A DNA stretch of 63,885 nt, the filler included, from Octopus bimaculoides (taxonomy: Eukaryota): NCBI RefSeq assembly GCF_001194135.2. It is 7 parts of 7 records of this genome, joined end to end, with 100 filler letters (N's around TTAATTAATTAA, not from the genome) between each part and the next. Parts side by side here need not be neighbours in the genome. Positions count along the whole stretch, not along the records: positions 1 to 30,179 come from NC_068995.1; 6 more parts are not named here. One strand, given 5' to 3'. This document shows, piece after piece, positions 1-12,115 of the stretch. A model generated the notes under the pieces. The model did no database searches. It had not been told where the DNA came from and worked only from the letters and a program-made list of their open reading frames with translations. The position numbers and the translations under genes are program-made. Position 1 is the stretch's first letter. Every line of letters starts with the position of its first letter.

Positions 1-403
1 TATACACACACATATATATATAGGTGTATATAAGTGATCATCATCTAGATCATGATCTCTTTTTGTGTAACCCTATATCCCTGTTTCCCACCCTGTTTGT
101 TGTCCTTCAGTCACTCTCACTCTTCTCATTCTGTCTCTGTCTGACCTTGTATATATCTTTCTCCCTCTCACTTCCTCTCTCTTGTTGTCTCTCTCTCTCT
201 ATCTCTCACCACATCTCACGTATTTTGCTCGCCATTCTTTTGGCAAAATATCTTTTGTTGATGAGTGTAATTTTTCCTTAAATTGACATTTATGCTAGAC
301 TTTACATTTTTGACTGTTTACAACGTTTACTTATCAGATATTACGCCATTATTCCAAACATAAAAGCAAAAAAAAACAAACAATAAAAAACGAATAGATA
401 ACT

Positions 404-406
404 ATA

Positions 407-437
<31 letters not shown>
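404..437. repeat. (TAAA)n microsatellite
   Basis: Direct reading of tandem TAAA units. Many further (AT)n, (GT)n, (GATA)n, (CATA)n and (GA)n tracts occur throughout, usually flanking N gaps. Confidence 0.95.
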
Positions 438-1179
438 GAGGACAGAAGTTATTCACTGTTAAAATGAAAAATAAACAACAAAAATATAAATAAATTATGC
501 CAATAAATAGGAACCAAGTAGAATGGTAAAAAGCAAAATATGGAGGAATCGGTCTTTCCCTGACTTCTTTCCCTTTTTGATCTTATTTTATTTTGTTATA
601 TATTTTTTTTTATGTCATATACATATATACCTACATACATTATATATATATATATATATATACATATATANNNNNNNNNNNNNNNNNNNNNNNNNNNNNN
701 NNNNNNNNNNNNNNNNNNNNNNNNNNNNNNNNNNNNNNNNNNNNNNNNNNNNNNNNNNNNNNNNNNNNNNNNNNNNNNNNNNNNNNNNNNNNNNNNNNNN
801 NNNNNNNNNNNNNNNNNNNNNNNNNNNNNNNNNNNNNNNNNNNNNNNNNNNNNNNNNNNNNNNNNNNNNNNNNNNNNNNNNNNNNNNNNNNNNNNNNNNN
901 NNNNNNNNNNNNNNNNNNNNNNNNNNNNNNNNNNNNNNNNNNNNNNNNNNNNNNNNNNNNNNNNNNNNNNNNNNNNNNNNNNNNNNNNNNNNNNNNNNNN
1001 NNNNNNNNNNNNNNNNNNNNNNNNNNNNNNNNNNNNNNNNNNNNNNNNNNNNNNNNNNNNNNNNNNNNNNNNNNNNNNNNNNNNNNNNNNNNNNNNNNNN
1101 NNNNNNNNNNNNNNNNNNNNNNNNNNNNNNNNNNNNNNNNNNNNNNNNNNNNNNNNNNNNNNNNNNNNNNNNNNNNNNN

Positions 1180-1235
<56 letters not shown>

Positions 1236-1274
1236 AATATATATATAAATATATACATAGATATATAAACATAT

Positions 1275-1318
<44 letters not shown>

Positions 1319-3858
1319 TGTGTGTGTGTGTATGTATGTTTGTATATGTGTATGTATGTATATATCTATATGTTTGTGTGTGTGTGCATGATCATGTAGC
1401 GATTCTTAACTGTGTATGTGGATGTGAGGAAATAAATCTTAAATGGATACATTCTGACTGTATTAGGATCAGATAAGTTTCCATTCTTTTCTAATGTCAT
1501 ATTTATTCTTCTCATCATGAATGCACTTATTTTCGTTTTGTGATCAGTATCACAACGGTACATGGCAAGTATTTATTTAAGCCAATATTTTGCGAAAATT
1601 GACGTACTGATCATGACTACGAATACGTGGTGGAAAAGCCACATTAACTGCTGAATAAGTCTCAAGCAAAAGATTGAAGCTCAGAAACGTTCACCGAAAA
1701 ATGTCTTTTAATGTTAAATTCTCGAAGACTCCAAAATCGGAAAGAATTTTACGGTTAATTCTGAACGTATTATATAAAATAAAACGGAGGGTATTTAAGC
1801 GATATAGATCCTGACTGAACAGGTATATAATCTAAGTTTAATGAATAACTGTAATGGAGTTACGGAAGAAATTTTAAAATATATAAAGGTATTTAAAGGA
1901 TTATGTCACGAACGCTTCAATGATATTAGATTAACGAGAAGTTATATTAAAATATTATGCAAAATTTATCGAGACCACTTGAAAATATTTTACAATATAC
2001 TCCTTATCTTCAAACTGACAACCATATTCTAAAGTGAATATATAAAATTTAATTTAATATTAAATAAAATATTAGAAATGTATTAAATCGCTTCGTGAAC
2101 ATTACCAAAGTTGTGGTATAAATCTTTAATTTATTATTAGTAATGAGATTGAACAGGTATATATTAGGGTATAAACGTTCCTGGGCGAAACGACACCAAT
2201 AATAACAGATGTAACCATAATGCCATTATTTTACAATCTTATTTAATCAAACTAGCAACATGTAATTCGCAATTTAGAATCTTACAGATTTTTTATAATG
2301 GGTGTCAACTAGAGTGAAATAAAAAAGTGTTATACTGTATAGATTAGTAATATCAGTCAGTGCAAACATACTAACACTAATTAATGCTCCATGTGAAAAA
2401 ACGTACCGAGAGAGAGAGAAAATGGGTGGGAATTGGAGACAAAGAATAAGCTAGTGGAGTACAAAATATGCGGTAAATATGGAAATAGAAGTGTGAAATA
2501 TTAGTTGATATATATGTTTCTTAATCTTTGTAAGTTTATATATTGCAAGATTGAAAAAAATCTCTAGTCGTGAGGAAAATCAGAATATATATGAGGCGAG
2601 AGAATTTCTAAAGTGCAAAGTTTGAGATTAAAGTTAGATATAATAAAGGTAAACACAGCTTCTGCTTGACAACAGGAAATCATTAATTAAGATTGTCATG
2701 TAATTGCTAATGGTGGAAGAGAATATTTGTAAAGATCCTGTGAAAGCCAACAAAAATAGTTTAGAATATTTCTTCTACACGTGAACAATGTGTAAGGAAT
2801 ATTCCCTGTTTGACCGCGGCAATTCAGATGTTTCTTAATTTCTTATTACCCAATTAGAGTGCCAGTCGTTGATTGACTTTTTTTCTTAGGAGGAAATTTA
2901 TCGCTAAAAGAACATAATGATACCTAGTTAACTCGTTTGAGTTTTCTAAAACTGTGTGTATGAGAGTAGTAACTGTGTTTGAATGGGATAGATGTCACCA
3001 TGAATATTTCCCCAAACTCGTTGGTTAAACATTCCTTGACTATTGGATATAGTTACATTGGATATAGTTACATTGACGGTGGAGGCGAGACATCTGTGTT
3101 TGGTGTGCACTTAGATCAGAAATGTCTAAAATTTCAATTATATGAACAAAGTTTCATTGTAGTGTTATTGTGTTAAAAAGTAAGCCTGATTTAATTTCTA
3201 TGATATTAAGCCTAATTTAATTTCTAATTTAATATAGAATTGTGACCCGTAAACTAGTTTTTCATTAAGTTATATATTGGAATCCAACATGCATTGAGCA
3301 TGTAATCTTATTTTGGCGTATACTTTAATCCATTTTCTTGTAAAACAATATTTAACGAAATGTTGATTAGATAGCTCTTCACAGTATGTTGATGGAGATT
3401 ATTAGGCGGACACGTACGACGGTGATGATAATGGTGATTGCAACAGGTATTTCCACTAATTAAGAATAGACAAATCTTCCTGTCATTAATTTGTAGTCGT
3501 TTACTCCTGCTTATTTTCTACTTCATTTTAATTTCGTCGTATCTCAACTTATTTAAATAGTCTTCATTCAACGAGCTTAACAGGTTTCTATATCTATTTC
3601 ATTCCTAACAACATTATCGGCTCAATCCTATAAGCTGTCTCTTTTTCTTCCGATGCTACCTTCCCTCTTCCTATTGCCAATACTAACTCTTCTCTTGTTG
3701 TCATTCACATGTTTTGCATTACTCGTTATTCAAAGCTTACTGAATAGGCAGTTGAGGGTCAAAATGATCCTCTAACGCATGCATACGTACAAACACGTGC
3801 GCACACACACAGTCGTACGCGCACACATTTGCACAAACATGTACACACGCACGCAAGC

Positions 3859-3889
<31 letters not shown>

Positions 3890-3965
3890 TATATATATAC
3901 ATGCATGCGATGTATATACAAAATAATTCAATATACATATATATATATAGAGTATACAATACTAT

Positions 3966-4006
<41 letters not shown>

Positions 4007-4140
4007 ATAAGAGTGAAAAAACTACAGAAGGCTTGTGTTACATGGTTAAAGTATATATTTAAATTATGTCAGAAAAATGGAAGAAAAATGTTATAAAAAT
4101 GTTATAAAATCTTTTTGGTATATAAACATTGTATTTTGAG

Positions 4141-4173
4141 AAATAACCGGTTTCGTGTTGTCTTTTCAAACTT
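4141..4173 (-). ncRNA. Degenerate minimal type-I hammerhead ribozyme at the PLE end
   Basis: Minus strand reads AAGT-TTGAAAA-GACAACAC-GAAA-CCGG-TT-ATTT. It has GAAA, palindromic stem III ACCGGT and a 4-bp stem I, but the core has 2 mismatches to CUGANGA. Confidence 0.4.
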
Positions 4174-5213
4174 CTCTACTTCATTGTGTCGTGTTCGTTC
4201 CAGTCTGAGAAAGAAGAGTTCTAGATAGGGGGAGGTAATTAGGGATTTCTTCCGGTATAGGGGAGATAATCGAAATCTAGGAGGTGGTAGAATTTGATTA
4301 ATTTACCATGGTTTTGTTCTATATTTTTCCCCCTTTTTTTTTCCCAGTGGGGTGATGAATTTCCTNNNNNNNNNNNNNNNNNNNNNNNNNNNNNNNNNNN
4401 NNNNNNNNNNNNNNNNNNNNNNNNNNNNNNNNNNNNNNNNNNNNNNNNNNNNNNNNNNNNNNNNNNNNNNNNNNNNNNNNNNNNNNNNNNNNNNNNNNNN
4501 NNNNNNNNNNNNNNNNNNNNNNNNNNNNNNNNNNNNNNNNNNNNNNNNNNNNNNNNNNNNNNNNNNNNNNNNNNNNNNNNNNNNNNNNNNNNNNNNNNNN
4601 NNNNNNNNNNNNNNNNNNNNNNNNNNNNNNNNNNNNNNNNNNNNNNNNNNNNNNNNNNNNNNNNNNNNNNNNNNNNNNNNNNNNNNNNNNNNNNNNNNNN
4701 NNNNNNNNNNNNNNNNNNNNNNNNNNNNNNNNNNNNNNNNNNNNNNNNNNNNNNNNNNNNNNNNNNNNNNNNNNNNNNNNNNNNNNNNNNNNNNNNNNNN
4801 NNNNNNNNNNNNNNNNNNNNNNNNNNNNNNNNNNNNNNNNNNNNNNNNNNNNNNNNNNNNNNNNNNNNNNNNNNNNNNNNNNNNNNNNNNNNNNNNNNNN
4901 NNNNNNNNNNNNNNNNNNNNNNNNNNNNNNNNNNNNNNNNNNNNNNNNNNGGGTGATGATGGTGAAGGCTTCTTTGTTTCTGGGATATGTACGGTAGTAT
5001 TTTCGGGGAATGTGTGTTGCTGTGTTTAACCTTTCTTAAGTTTTCTATGTTAATTTGTGATGCACGTCTGATTCCTTCCTCTATGAGTTGAACTGGGTAG
5101 TGTCTGTCAATTAGTGTGTGTTTGAGTTCTTGTAGTCTGTAGTCTCTAGTATTTTCTTCTGACACTATTGTGCATATTCTTCTTGCAAGGTTGAAGGGGA
5201 TGTTTGTCTTGGT
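4141..5213 (-). mobile_element. Penelope-like retroelement fragment (RT thumb/C-terminal region, gap, 3' end)
   Basis: Minus-strand translation HTKTNIPFNLARRICTIVSEENTRDYRLQELKHTLIDRHYPVQLIEEGI matches the PLE RT C-terminal pattern (H.K..IP...A.R...I......L.EL...L..R.YP..LI). Interrupted by a 585-N gap. Confidence 0.8.
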
Positions 5214-5274
5214 GTGTCTTATATATATATGTATGTATGTGTGTGTGTGTCTGTGTGTGTGTGTGTGTGTGTGT

Positions 5275-5640
5275 ATGCAAGAATTACGGAATGGAATGTG
5301 AAAATTCCTGGCTACATAATCCATAGTGACCGGAACCTCACTAGTGGTAAATATCCAATCGACGTGTATACCGTCGGCTACACGTCAGGCCAAATATACT
5401 TTGATTAGATTAAATGCTACGTTGTCGCAAGAATCTATATTGTCACAAGGAGTTAGATGTTGACGGCGTAAACATGTACCTCCTTGCAACAATGAAACCT
5501 TTAATCTAATCAAGATATCCTTGGCCTGAAGAGTAGCCGGCGATATACATCACACTTGGATTATACTACTTCTGAGTTTCCACTCTCTATGCAACATATG
5601 TAGCCCGGAATTTTCCCTCTCCATTTCGTAACTCTTGTAT
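5275..5640. repeat. Long diverged inverted repeat (~155-bp arms, ~50-bp spacer)
   Basis: Left arm 5275-5431 aligns with the reverse complement of 5482-5640, e.g. AAAATTCCTGGCTACATA vs TATGTAGCCCGGAATTTT and TTGATTAGATTAAA vs TTTAATCTAATCAA. Confidence 0.85.
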
Positions 5641-5871
5641 TATTTTCGCACAGGCGGCAACCCTGGTCGCCTACTGTGGAATAAAAAGAAGAGTTTGCTT
5701 TCTGCTCACCGTTCTTCGGCAAAGAAAAATATTCTGCCACCTTCCGTCTCAATAAACCACTATTGTTTCTGGATGTTTTTTTTTTATATATATATATATT
5801 TACTACGGATTGCTCGAAGCTAACTTTCTTCCTCAATTCCTGGACCTTAGACTTGTGGAGTTGTTTTACTA

Positions 5872-6495
5872 ATGAAAATAATGAGAATGACGAATCCTTG
5901 GCGAAAAATAATTGAAAATGTAACCCTCCAAAAAGGACGAAATATACTTCTAGATCAGTTCATTGACATCATCTCGAGATCTTCAGTGAGGCATAATATC
6001 AACGTCAGGCCAAACATTTCAAAACCAGAAAAGTCTTCCCTTATAAGTCTTGAAAATGACAACACAGTTGCCACCAAACAAGCTGAAAAAGTGGGTGCCA
6101 TTATTATAATGGATACAGTTTGTTAACTGGATCTAGCTGAAGATCATTTAAAGGATATAACGTTCTATTATGAAATACCCTCGAATATTGCCCACCGCAT
6201 CACTCAAAACAGTATAACTAATAACTTATAATATAAGGGATTATATTGTGACTCGAAATCCAGCAACATCTGTGGCTTACCCAGAATACATAATCAAAAG
6301 AAATGCACAAAACAATAAAGGAACACGGTTGAGAATACATAAAACTACTACTAACAAACGACCTTAAACTAAGTCCCAATATATCTGATCCAGCCTGTCC
6401 TACACATTGTCTGAGCAACGTCTTCCACATTATCCTAAAACTAATATGTACTCACATACCCAGTTTCATTCGGGGTGACATCGATTTCCTGTCAA
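5872..6495 (+). mobile_element. Penelope-like retroelement fragment (RT N-terminal region), frameshifted
   Basis: NISKPEKSSLISLENDNTVATKQAEKVGAIIIMD (cf. NLS..E...L..L....I.K.ADKG.A.VIMD), GLPRIH (cf. LPKIHK) and DLKLSPNISDPACPTHCLSNVFHIILKLICTHIPSFIRGDIDFL (cf. RPI....PT..LS...D.IL.PL....PS.I.D..DFL). Confidence 0.85.
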
Positions 6496-6599
6496 AAAAG
6501 TTGAGTATTAATTTAGCTAATATCAATTTAAGTAATGACGTAAGTGGTTGCAACGAAACCGGTCTGCGATTAATCTTTATATTTTGTATCTTTTCATCT

Positions 6600-7700
6600 G
6601 TGTTGCTCGCTTACGTTCTGGTGTTTGTTGAATTTTCTTGAGAACAATCTCTTCTTAGTGGTCAGACCATAGGTGGTCTACTTCTAGCATAATGGATGTC
6701 CACTTAGTGGTCATCCTTCTTATATGTATGTAATATATATATTTCATCTGTGCGTGTTTACTTCCTTTTAGATATGAATAGTATTCACAATAAAATTGAT
6801 ATGGTTATGAGTCATCGTTGTGTGGACGACTGTATTGCCATAAAATCTTTTATTTATCGTTACACTCGCAGCAAATTTAGTGAGGAGAGAAGACGATAAA
6901 GGATGAGAGGGGCATAAGGAAAAATGTAAGGAGAGATAAGATTTAAATAAGGAGAGAATAAATGAGGAAGGAAACAAAAATTTCGATGTAGAAAAGCTTT
7001 GTGTTGAGTAATAATGTGGACAAAATCGACATATGTAATCCCTGTATTTGAACCTATCAAATAGATTTGTGTTAATTCAAATCTTCTCAAGGCCTTCACA
7101 TGTAGAATGTTATGACACAGTTTCTAATGTAGCCTCCTGTATTAACACTCTTTGTAATCCTGTATTGAAAATGTATATTCTTGCAATTTAGTATTTAATG
7201 ACGGACATGTAATGCAATATGTCTAGGAAAGTGATCTCATTTGTGCAGAATGATGCTCCACTAGAGTTATAAATATTCTCATATGATTTCTCATATGACC
7301 AGTGTTGACTGTTGGAAGAGATTTAATCCAAAGTCCATTGATCCCCTTGTATATGTTACATCACATATCTTTCTATTATATATAGTGACATTTTCTAATA
7401 TGGCCTATTTGAGTTTATCAGAATGTACGTTACACTGAAATTGTAATTTGTAATGCATTAAATCAATATATTTGATTCGCAATCTCCTTTAAGAGCTTTA
7501 AGGTTAATATCGAGTATGGCATCATACTCGAAAAGTAATTTATTTAATATTGTAACACTGTTACCAGTGGTACTCTGAAGCTGAAATTTTATTACAGATC
7601 CTGTTCTCAAGATTCATTTTGTCACAAAGTTTCTCTAATATTTGCATCAGATATTCTCCTGCTAATACCTGTCTATAAGTAAAGGACACTAATTAAATTA
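6600..7700 (-). mobile_element. Highly decayed Penelope-like RT remnant (tentative)
   Basis: Minus-strand fragments ERYVM* (decayed RYVDD) and NEITFLDI (cf. LPFLD) occur in the expected order. Many stops and frameshifts. Confidence 0.3.
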
Positions 7701-7747
7701 CGGGTTGAGAGCGCTAAGTAGTGGAAGGTATAAATGCAATGTTATTA

Positions 7748-8157
7748 CCAGTTCGAATATGCTAAAAGCACGTTCACAGTTGTAAACAAACCATTCCAGA
7801 TTATTGTTCATGGAGAAAATTTCTCAAAATACACCCCAATCACACCGCAGTTCCACCTATCCAGACTGTGAGATGCAAGCATTTCGGAGTAGTTATTCCC
7901 TCTTCCGTTACAGAAACTGGACGATGGCGCTGTGGGCTGATAGCAGTTACAATCACTTTTATGTTTTTTTCGGCTGGTAGCACAAATCGACGGCTCGAAA
8001 AGTATAAAATTTCTCACTGTAGACGTATGATGTATATGATGGTGCTGCGATCTCATCTGGGTGTATTTACACCATATGTCTACAGTAACAAATTTTCACC
8101 CTGACAAAATCCAGGGAAGTGTTTTAGCATATTCGTGTTTTAGCATATTCGAACTGG
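7748..8157. mobile_element. ~410-bp non-autonomous element (MITE) with ~24-bp terminal inverted repeats
   Basis: CCAGTTCGAATATGCTAAAAGCACG (7748-7772) vs CGTGTTTTAGCATATTCGAACTGG (8134-8157). A 16-bp subterminal unit GTGTTTTAGCATATTC is tandemly doubled at 8119-8150. No clear TSD. Confidence 0.7.
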
Positions 8158-9034
8158 CAATATAATTCCATACTAAATTATAGTCAAGAATTTCGCTTGC
8201 ATGTTTCTCTCTCTATTGCAGTCCTGCAATCACTCCGACAGTAGCAGTATACGCAACATCATCAAAAACACCATCATCATCAACAATTACAACAAAATCA
8301 TTATCAACATTGATATATGAAACAATATTCAAACTTCTATCAGATTGGAAATAATGGAATGTAGTGGAATTACTTATAAAACATATAACATATTTGACAT
8401 CCAAAGGCTGTTGTATCAGAAATGGGGTCAAGTGGGTACTTAATGTTTCTGATTCAAAACGTTTTTTCAAATTTTCCCTATCACAAATATTAACTATTTA
8501 CATGCCGCATTCTACTATTTAAATAATTTTTAGTGGCTGGAGTTGTTTTAATTTCTTGGGGGCATGGTTGGGCTTTTTTGAATTTACAATGCAAATTATT
8601 TGATGAAGGACTGCATGATAAGTGAATGAGGAAGGAATCCACTGTATTGGTGACATGAAAACTTAGACTACATTCTAAACCAAAATTTAAAATCTGAAAA
8701 GATGCAGTTATTTCTGACTATAAATATATTTTCGTATTTGGAGCTTGATAAAAACAGTTGAACACTTCTGCAAAACAGGCTGTTGTTTCAGCGTTAGCGA
8801 ACAAAACATCATCACGTTGATTTAACGCCCTCGGTAAAGAACAATACACTAATTTAATGCTACTGTATGCTTTATTCTATAATTTACGTTGACGTAGTAA
8901 ATACGTGTATTTATACGCAAAAGGGAAAACAATATTACAGAAACTGAAAGTTAGAGACGAAAACTGTTGTCACGTAAATACAATAGCGTTCTACACACAC
9001 ATACACTCTCACACATGTATAATTTAGTTAATAT

Positions 9035-9173
9035 ATGCCATTGGGTGAAGTGCTTAGCGGTATTTCGTCTGTCTTAACGTTCTGAGTTCAAACTCCACCG
9101 AGGTTGACAATGCTTTTCATCATTTCGGGGTTGATAAATTAAGTACCAGTTGTGTGCTGAGGTCAATCTAATT
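9035..9173 (+). mobile_element. SINE family A (tRNA-derived), partial
   Basis: GCTTAGCGGTATTTCGTCTGTCTTAACGTTCTGAGTTCAAACTCC...GATAAATTAAGTACCAG. B-box-like GAGTTCAAA; homologous to more than 10 other copies in the window. Confidence 0.85.
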
Positions 9174-9750
9174 AGTGATGAATCGAAATTTAATGTGGTG
9201 GTTCCAATAGTAGAATGTACGTCCGATGAAGAAGTGGCGAAAGGTTATCTCGTGCATGTGTGAAGCAGATAGTAAAATATGAGGAGTTAGTGTAATTGTA
9301 TGGGGAGTGATCTCTGCCGCTGGTCACGGTCTACATAATTGCCTACAACGGACTGTTAATGTTGAAATCTACAAGCAGATACGTCGACAGCAAGCCCTTC
9401 CTCATCTCTGATTCTCGTCAGTTCAACCTCCTCTCTTCGTGCAGAACAACGCTCTATGTCACACTGCAAAGAGAGTCGAAGTTTTTTCTTAATGATGAAA
9501 ACGTTTGGGACATTACTGAAGATGGGGCGTGAAAAACCAAGATGAACTCTGGGAATTATTGAAAAACGAATGCAATAATATTACATCATTTTGCTAGAAA
9601 TTAATTCAGTCCTGTGGTAACAGATGTCAGAAGGTCATTGATAGTAAGGGGATGTTCACAAAATATCAATAGTAAGGGTTTCTTTTTAGTTCTTGTTCCA
9701 TTTTGCATTGTTTTTCCAAGTGACCTTTAACTTTTGGCCATTGCAGTTTA
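9174..9750 (+). mobile_element. Tc1-family transposase fossil (DDE catalytic region, internal deletion) plus probable 3' end
   Basis: SDESKFN at 9174, then VIVWGVISAAG, FVQNNALCHTAKRV and KLIQSCGNRCQKVIDSKG..TKY. The SPDLNPIE segment is deleted. Confidence 0.85.
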
Positions 9751-10139
9751 GAAGATCATTTCTTTATTTTCTCATAACTTACGAAATATTCATCATATTC
9801 ACTTGCAAGTTTCACGAAGGATAGATTTTTAGATATATCTAAATGTATGTAACATGTCTACATTCAAAGTTTTGTTAATATTCTATAATAAATATTTCAA
9901 TACATTTCTTCTCACTGACCCTTATATTATGGACGCTACAGTATATATATATATATATATNNNNNNNNNNNNNNNNNNNNNNNNNNNNNNNNNNNNNNNN
10001 NNNNNNNNNNNNNNNNNNNNNNNNNNNNNNNNNNNNNNNNNNNNNNNNNNNNNNNNNNNNNNNNNNNNNNNNNNNNNNNNNNNNNNNNNNNNNNNNNNNN
10101 NNNNNNTATATATATGAGTGGGTGTCGCTGTGTCTGTGA

Positions 10140-10345
10140 TTATCAACTTCAGCGCTTGACAACTCCTAGTGGTTCATTTACGTGCCGTAACTTGGCGTTC
10201 CGACATAAGAGAGCAATAGAACAAGTACTAGGCTTTAAAAAATATTAAGTCCTACGGTTGATTTGTTCGACCAAAACCCTTCAAAGAGGTGCCCCAGCAT
10301 GGCACAGTGAAAATGACTGCAACAAGTTAAAGTTAAAAGATGAAA
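10140..10345 (+). mobile_element. SINE family B, 3' part, diverged
   Basis: CGCTTGACAAC...GTAACTTGGCG...AAGTACTAGGC...GCCCCAGCATGGCACAG..AAATGACTG, homologous to the full copy at 45062-45437. Confidence 0.75.
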
Positions 10346-10494
10346 GATATGTATATCACAATATGTCTGTCCATCTAGCTATCTTTGTATGTATATATGT
10401 ATGTATGAATGTATCTATCTATCTTTCTGTCAAAGTAATACACTTGCTTGTTGTTACCTCATTCTGTCTTTGTCTTTTTTCTGTAAATGCAAAC

Positions 10495-10533
<39 letters not shown>

Positions 10534-10621
10534 GTGTGTGTGTGTATGTATATGAATATGATTTACATGTATAGAATAAAAGGGCAAAGACAGATGAGGG
10601 GACAAGAAGCAAGTGTACACT

Positions 10622-10652
<31 letters not shown>

Positions 10653-10923
10653 GTTGATANNNNNNNNNNNNNNNNNNNNNNNNNNNNNNNNNNNNNNNNN
10701 NNNNNNNNNNNNNNNNNNNNNNNNNNNNNNNNNNNNNNNNNNNNNNNNNNNNNNNNNNNNNNNNNNNNNNNNNNNNNNNNNNNNNNNNNNNNNNNNNNNN
10801 NNNNNNNNNNNNNNNNNNNNNNNNNNNNNNNNNNNNNNNNNNNNNNNNNNNNNNNNNNNNNNNNNNNNNNNNNNNNNNNNNNNNNNNNNNNNNNNNNNNN
10901 NNNNNNNNNNNNNNNNNNNNNNN

Positions 10924-10962
<39 letters not shown>

Positions 10963-11053
10963 CGATGGATAGATAGATAGATAGATAGATACGTTGAAAG
11001 ATACATGCATATATATTTATACGCACACATGTTTACACATACACGCACATATG

Positions 11054-11093
<40 letters not shown>

Positions 11094-11562
11094 TTTAATG
11101 GAAAATGTATGAAATATAATTTCGTACTTCATATAACGTAAGACTGTGTCTATATCATAGGTAAACTATGGAAAATAAAACGATATCATATTGGTTTATT
11201 CCAGATGATAAATAACTGCGTTTATCTCTAACGTCTCAGCGCAGACAGTAGTTTAAAGGACTCACGATACGATGCTTTGATACGTAGTAGATATATATAT
11301 ATTCAGCTAAACTTGACGAACTTAAGCTGAATTGTAATTAATCTGCAAATAGCTCAATACTAAAGAGTGAGGTTATTGACAAATGCTTATTAATAGTGAT
11401 ATCTTGAAAACGTATGCCTATATAAATGTATATATAAGAATAGATGTTGCTTATCACACGTATATAATAAAATGACGGACGAGTGGAGAACAGTGAGCAG
11501 AGATAGCAACGCTGCAACAAAAGACTCTAATACAGATTTGAACTAAGACCTTCCTCGCCTGT

Positions 11563-11709
11563 ATTGATGATGATGACGATGATTGTGATGATGATGATGG
11601 CGGTGACGACGATAGTGTTGTTGATGATGCATATATATTCATACACACATATACAAGATACATGCATATATATTTATTCGCACACATGTTTACACATACA
11701 CGCACATAT

Positions 11710-11756
<47 letters not shown>

Positions 11757-11790
11757 TGAGAGATAGAGTTTAATGGAAAATGTATGAAAT

Positions 11791-11852
<62 letters not shown>

Positions 11853-11872
11853 GGTGGCCGCGGCGGCAGTGG

Positions 11873-11904
<32 letters not shown>

Positions 11905-11945
11905 TTGGTAATTGCTTGCATAACATCGAGCACGACGATGACCTC

Positions 11946-11978
<33 letters not shown>

Positions 11979-12115
11979 AATGACGATGATGTTCACGACT
12001 ACAATGACGACAATGATGATGATAATGATTACGACGGCAGTGAATGTGGAGGTGATTGTGGGCAAGATAATAATGATTTTGATGAGAATGACGACGCAGT
12101 CGATGAAGGTAAATA
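11563..12115. repeat. Compound trinucleotide (GAT/GGT/GAC)n array with embedded (GA)n
   Basis: Direct reading. Accounts for the poly-D/M/I ORFs in the ORF track. Confidence 0.95.

Noticed and set aside
523-1318. Long ORFs spanning N gaps and (AT)n/(GT)n tracts (also near 4.3, 10, 14.5, 17.3, 22.3, 24.4, 25.4, 33 and 45.9 kb)
   Set aside because: They are open only because N runs and dinucleotide repeats lack stop codons.
1600-2035. Protein-like AT-rich reading frame
   Set aside because: Many stops and no recognisable motif, so it cannot be assigned.
8222-8354. Acceptor TTGCAG followed by a Ser/Thr-rich 43-codon frame ending LSDWK*
   Set aside because: The composition is explained by decayed ATC/AAC repeats, and there is no supporting upstream exon.
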